Source of the DNA: Anolis carolinensis
Lineage: Eukaryota
Assembly (NCBI RefSeq): GCF_035594765.1
Contig: NW_026943824.1
Location: forward strand, 248,001-312,000
DNA: 64,000 nt
Direction: 5' to 3'
Part shown: in pieces, positions 63,835 through 64,000 of the stretch
Position numbering within the stretch: the first letter of the stretch is position 1
How the letters are laid out: each line of letters starts with the position of its first letter
Notes under the pieces: model-generated
The model's input: only the letters and a program-made list of their open reading frames with translations
Told to the model about the DNA's origin: nothing
Databases searched by the model: none
Program-made: the position numbers and the translations under genes

Positions 63835-63879
63835 CCTTCACCCCAACAATGGTTTCTCACTACCAGTGTACAATGACAG
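63835..63879 (+). CDS. USP22: Probable USP22 45-nt cassette exon (AFTPTMVSHYQCTMT)
   Basis: Branch point CTAAT 63816-63820, T-rich tract, TAG acceptor, CAG|gtaaga donor, symmetric phase 1, open frame. Confidence 0.7.
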
Positions 63880-64000
63880 GTAAGATGTGTGAGTTGGTGA
63901 CGCATTTCACTAACAAGCGTCCCTTTGCTGATTATCTGCCATTTTAGTCAAGAACCTTCCATTTATAATGCCACCTTACATATTGCTTTCCCTTTGTGTC

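Overview
Vertebrate genomic DNA, very probably a squamate. The repeat complement (Sauria SINE, RTE, CR1, L2, R4/Dong, Vingi, Penelope, Helitron, MITEs) resembles Anolis lizard; this is inference. The window carries the conserved block MAP2K3(-, putative exon 1 only) / NATD1(+) / TMEM11(+) / DHRS7B(-) / USP22(+, 5' part), the same order as human 17p11.2. I assembled complete spliced CDSs by hand with GT-AG boundaries and consistent phases: NATD1 (3 exons, 114 aa), TMEM11 (2 exons, 203 aa) and DHRS7B (7 exons, 324 aa). USP22 exon 1 runs into an assembly gap; exons 2-3 and a probable 45-nt cassette exon follow. There are two N-gaps (41502-41698, 43141-43281). Most long ORFs in the supplied track are artefacts of microsatellites, GC-rich promoters or tandem repeats. 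The most notable observations are: (1) a frame-preserving USP22 cassette exon resembling the insert in the mammalian retrogenes USP27X/USP51; (2) Penelope-derived minimal hammerhead ribozyme motifs; (3) a young 5'-inverted (twin-primed) RTE LINE with its empty-site paralog nearby; (4) several transposon- or promoter-motif-derived minisatellites next to promoters. I see no evidence for a wholly new multi-gene system.
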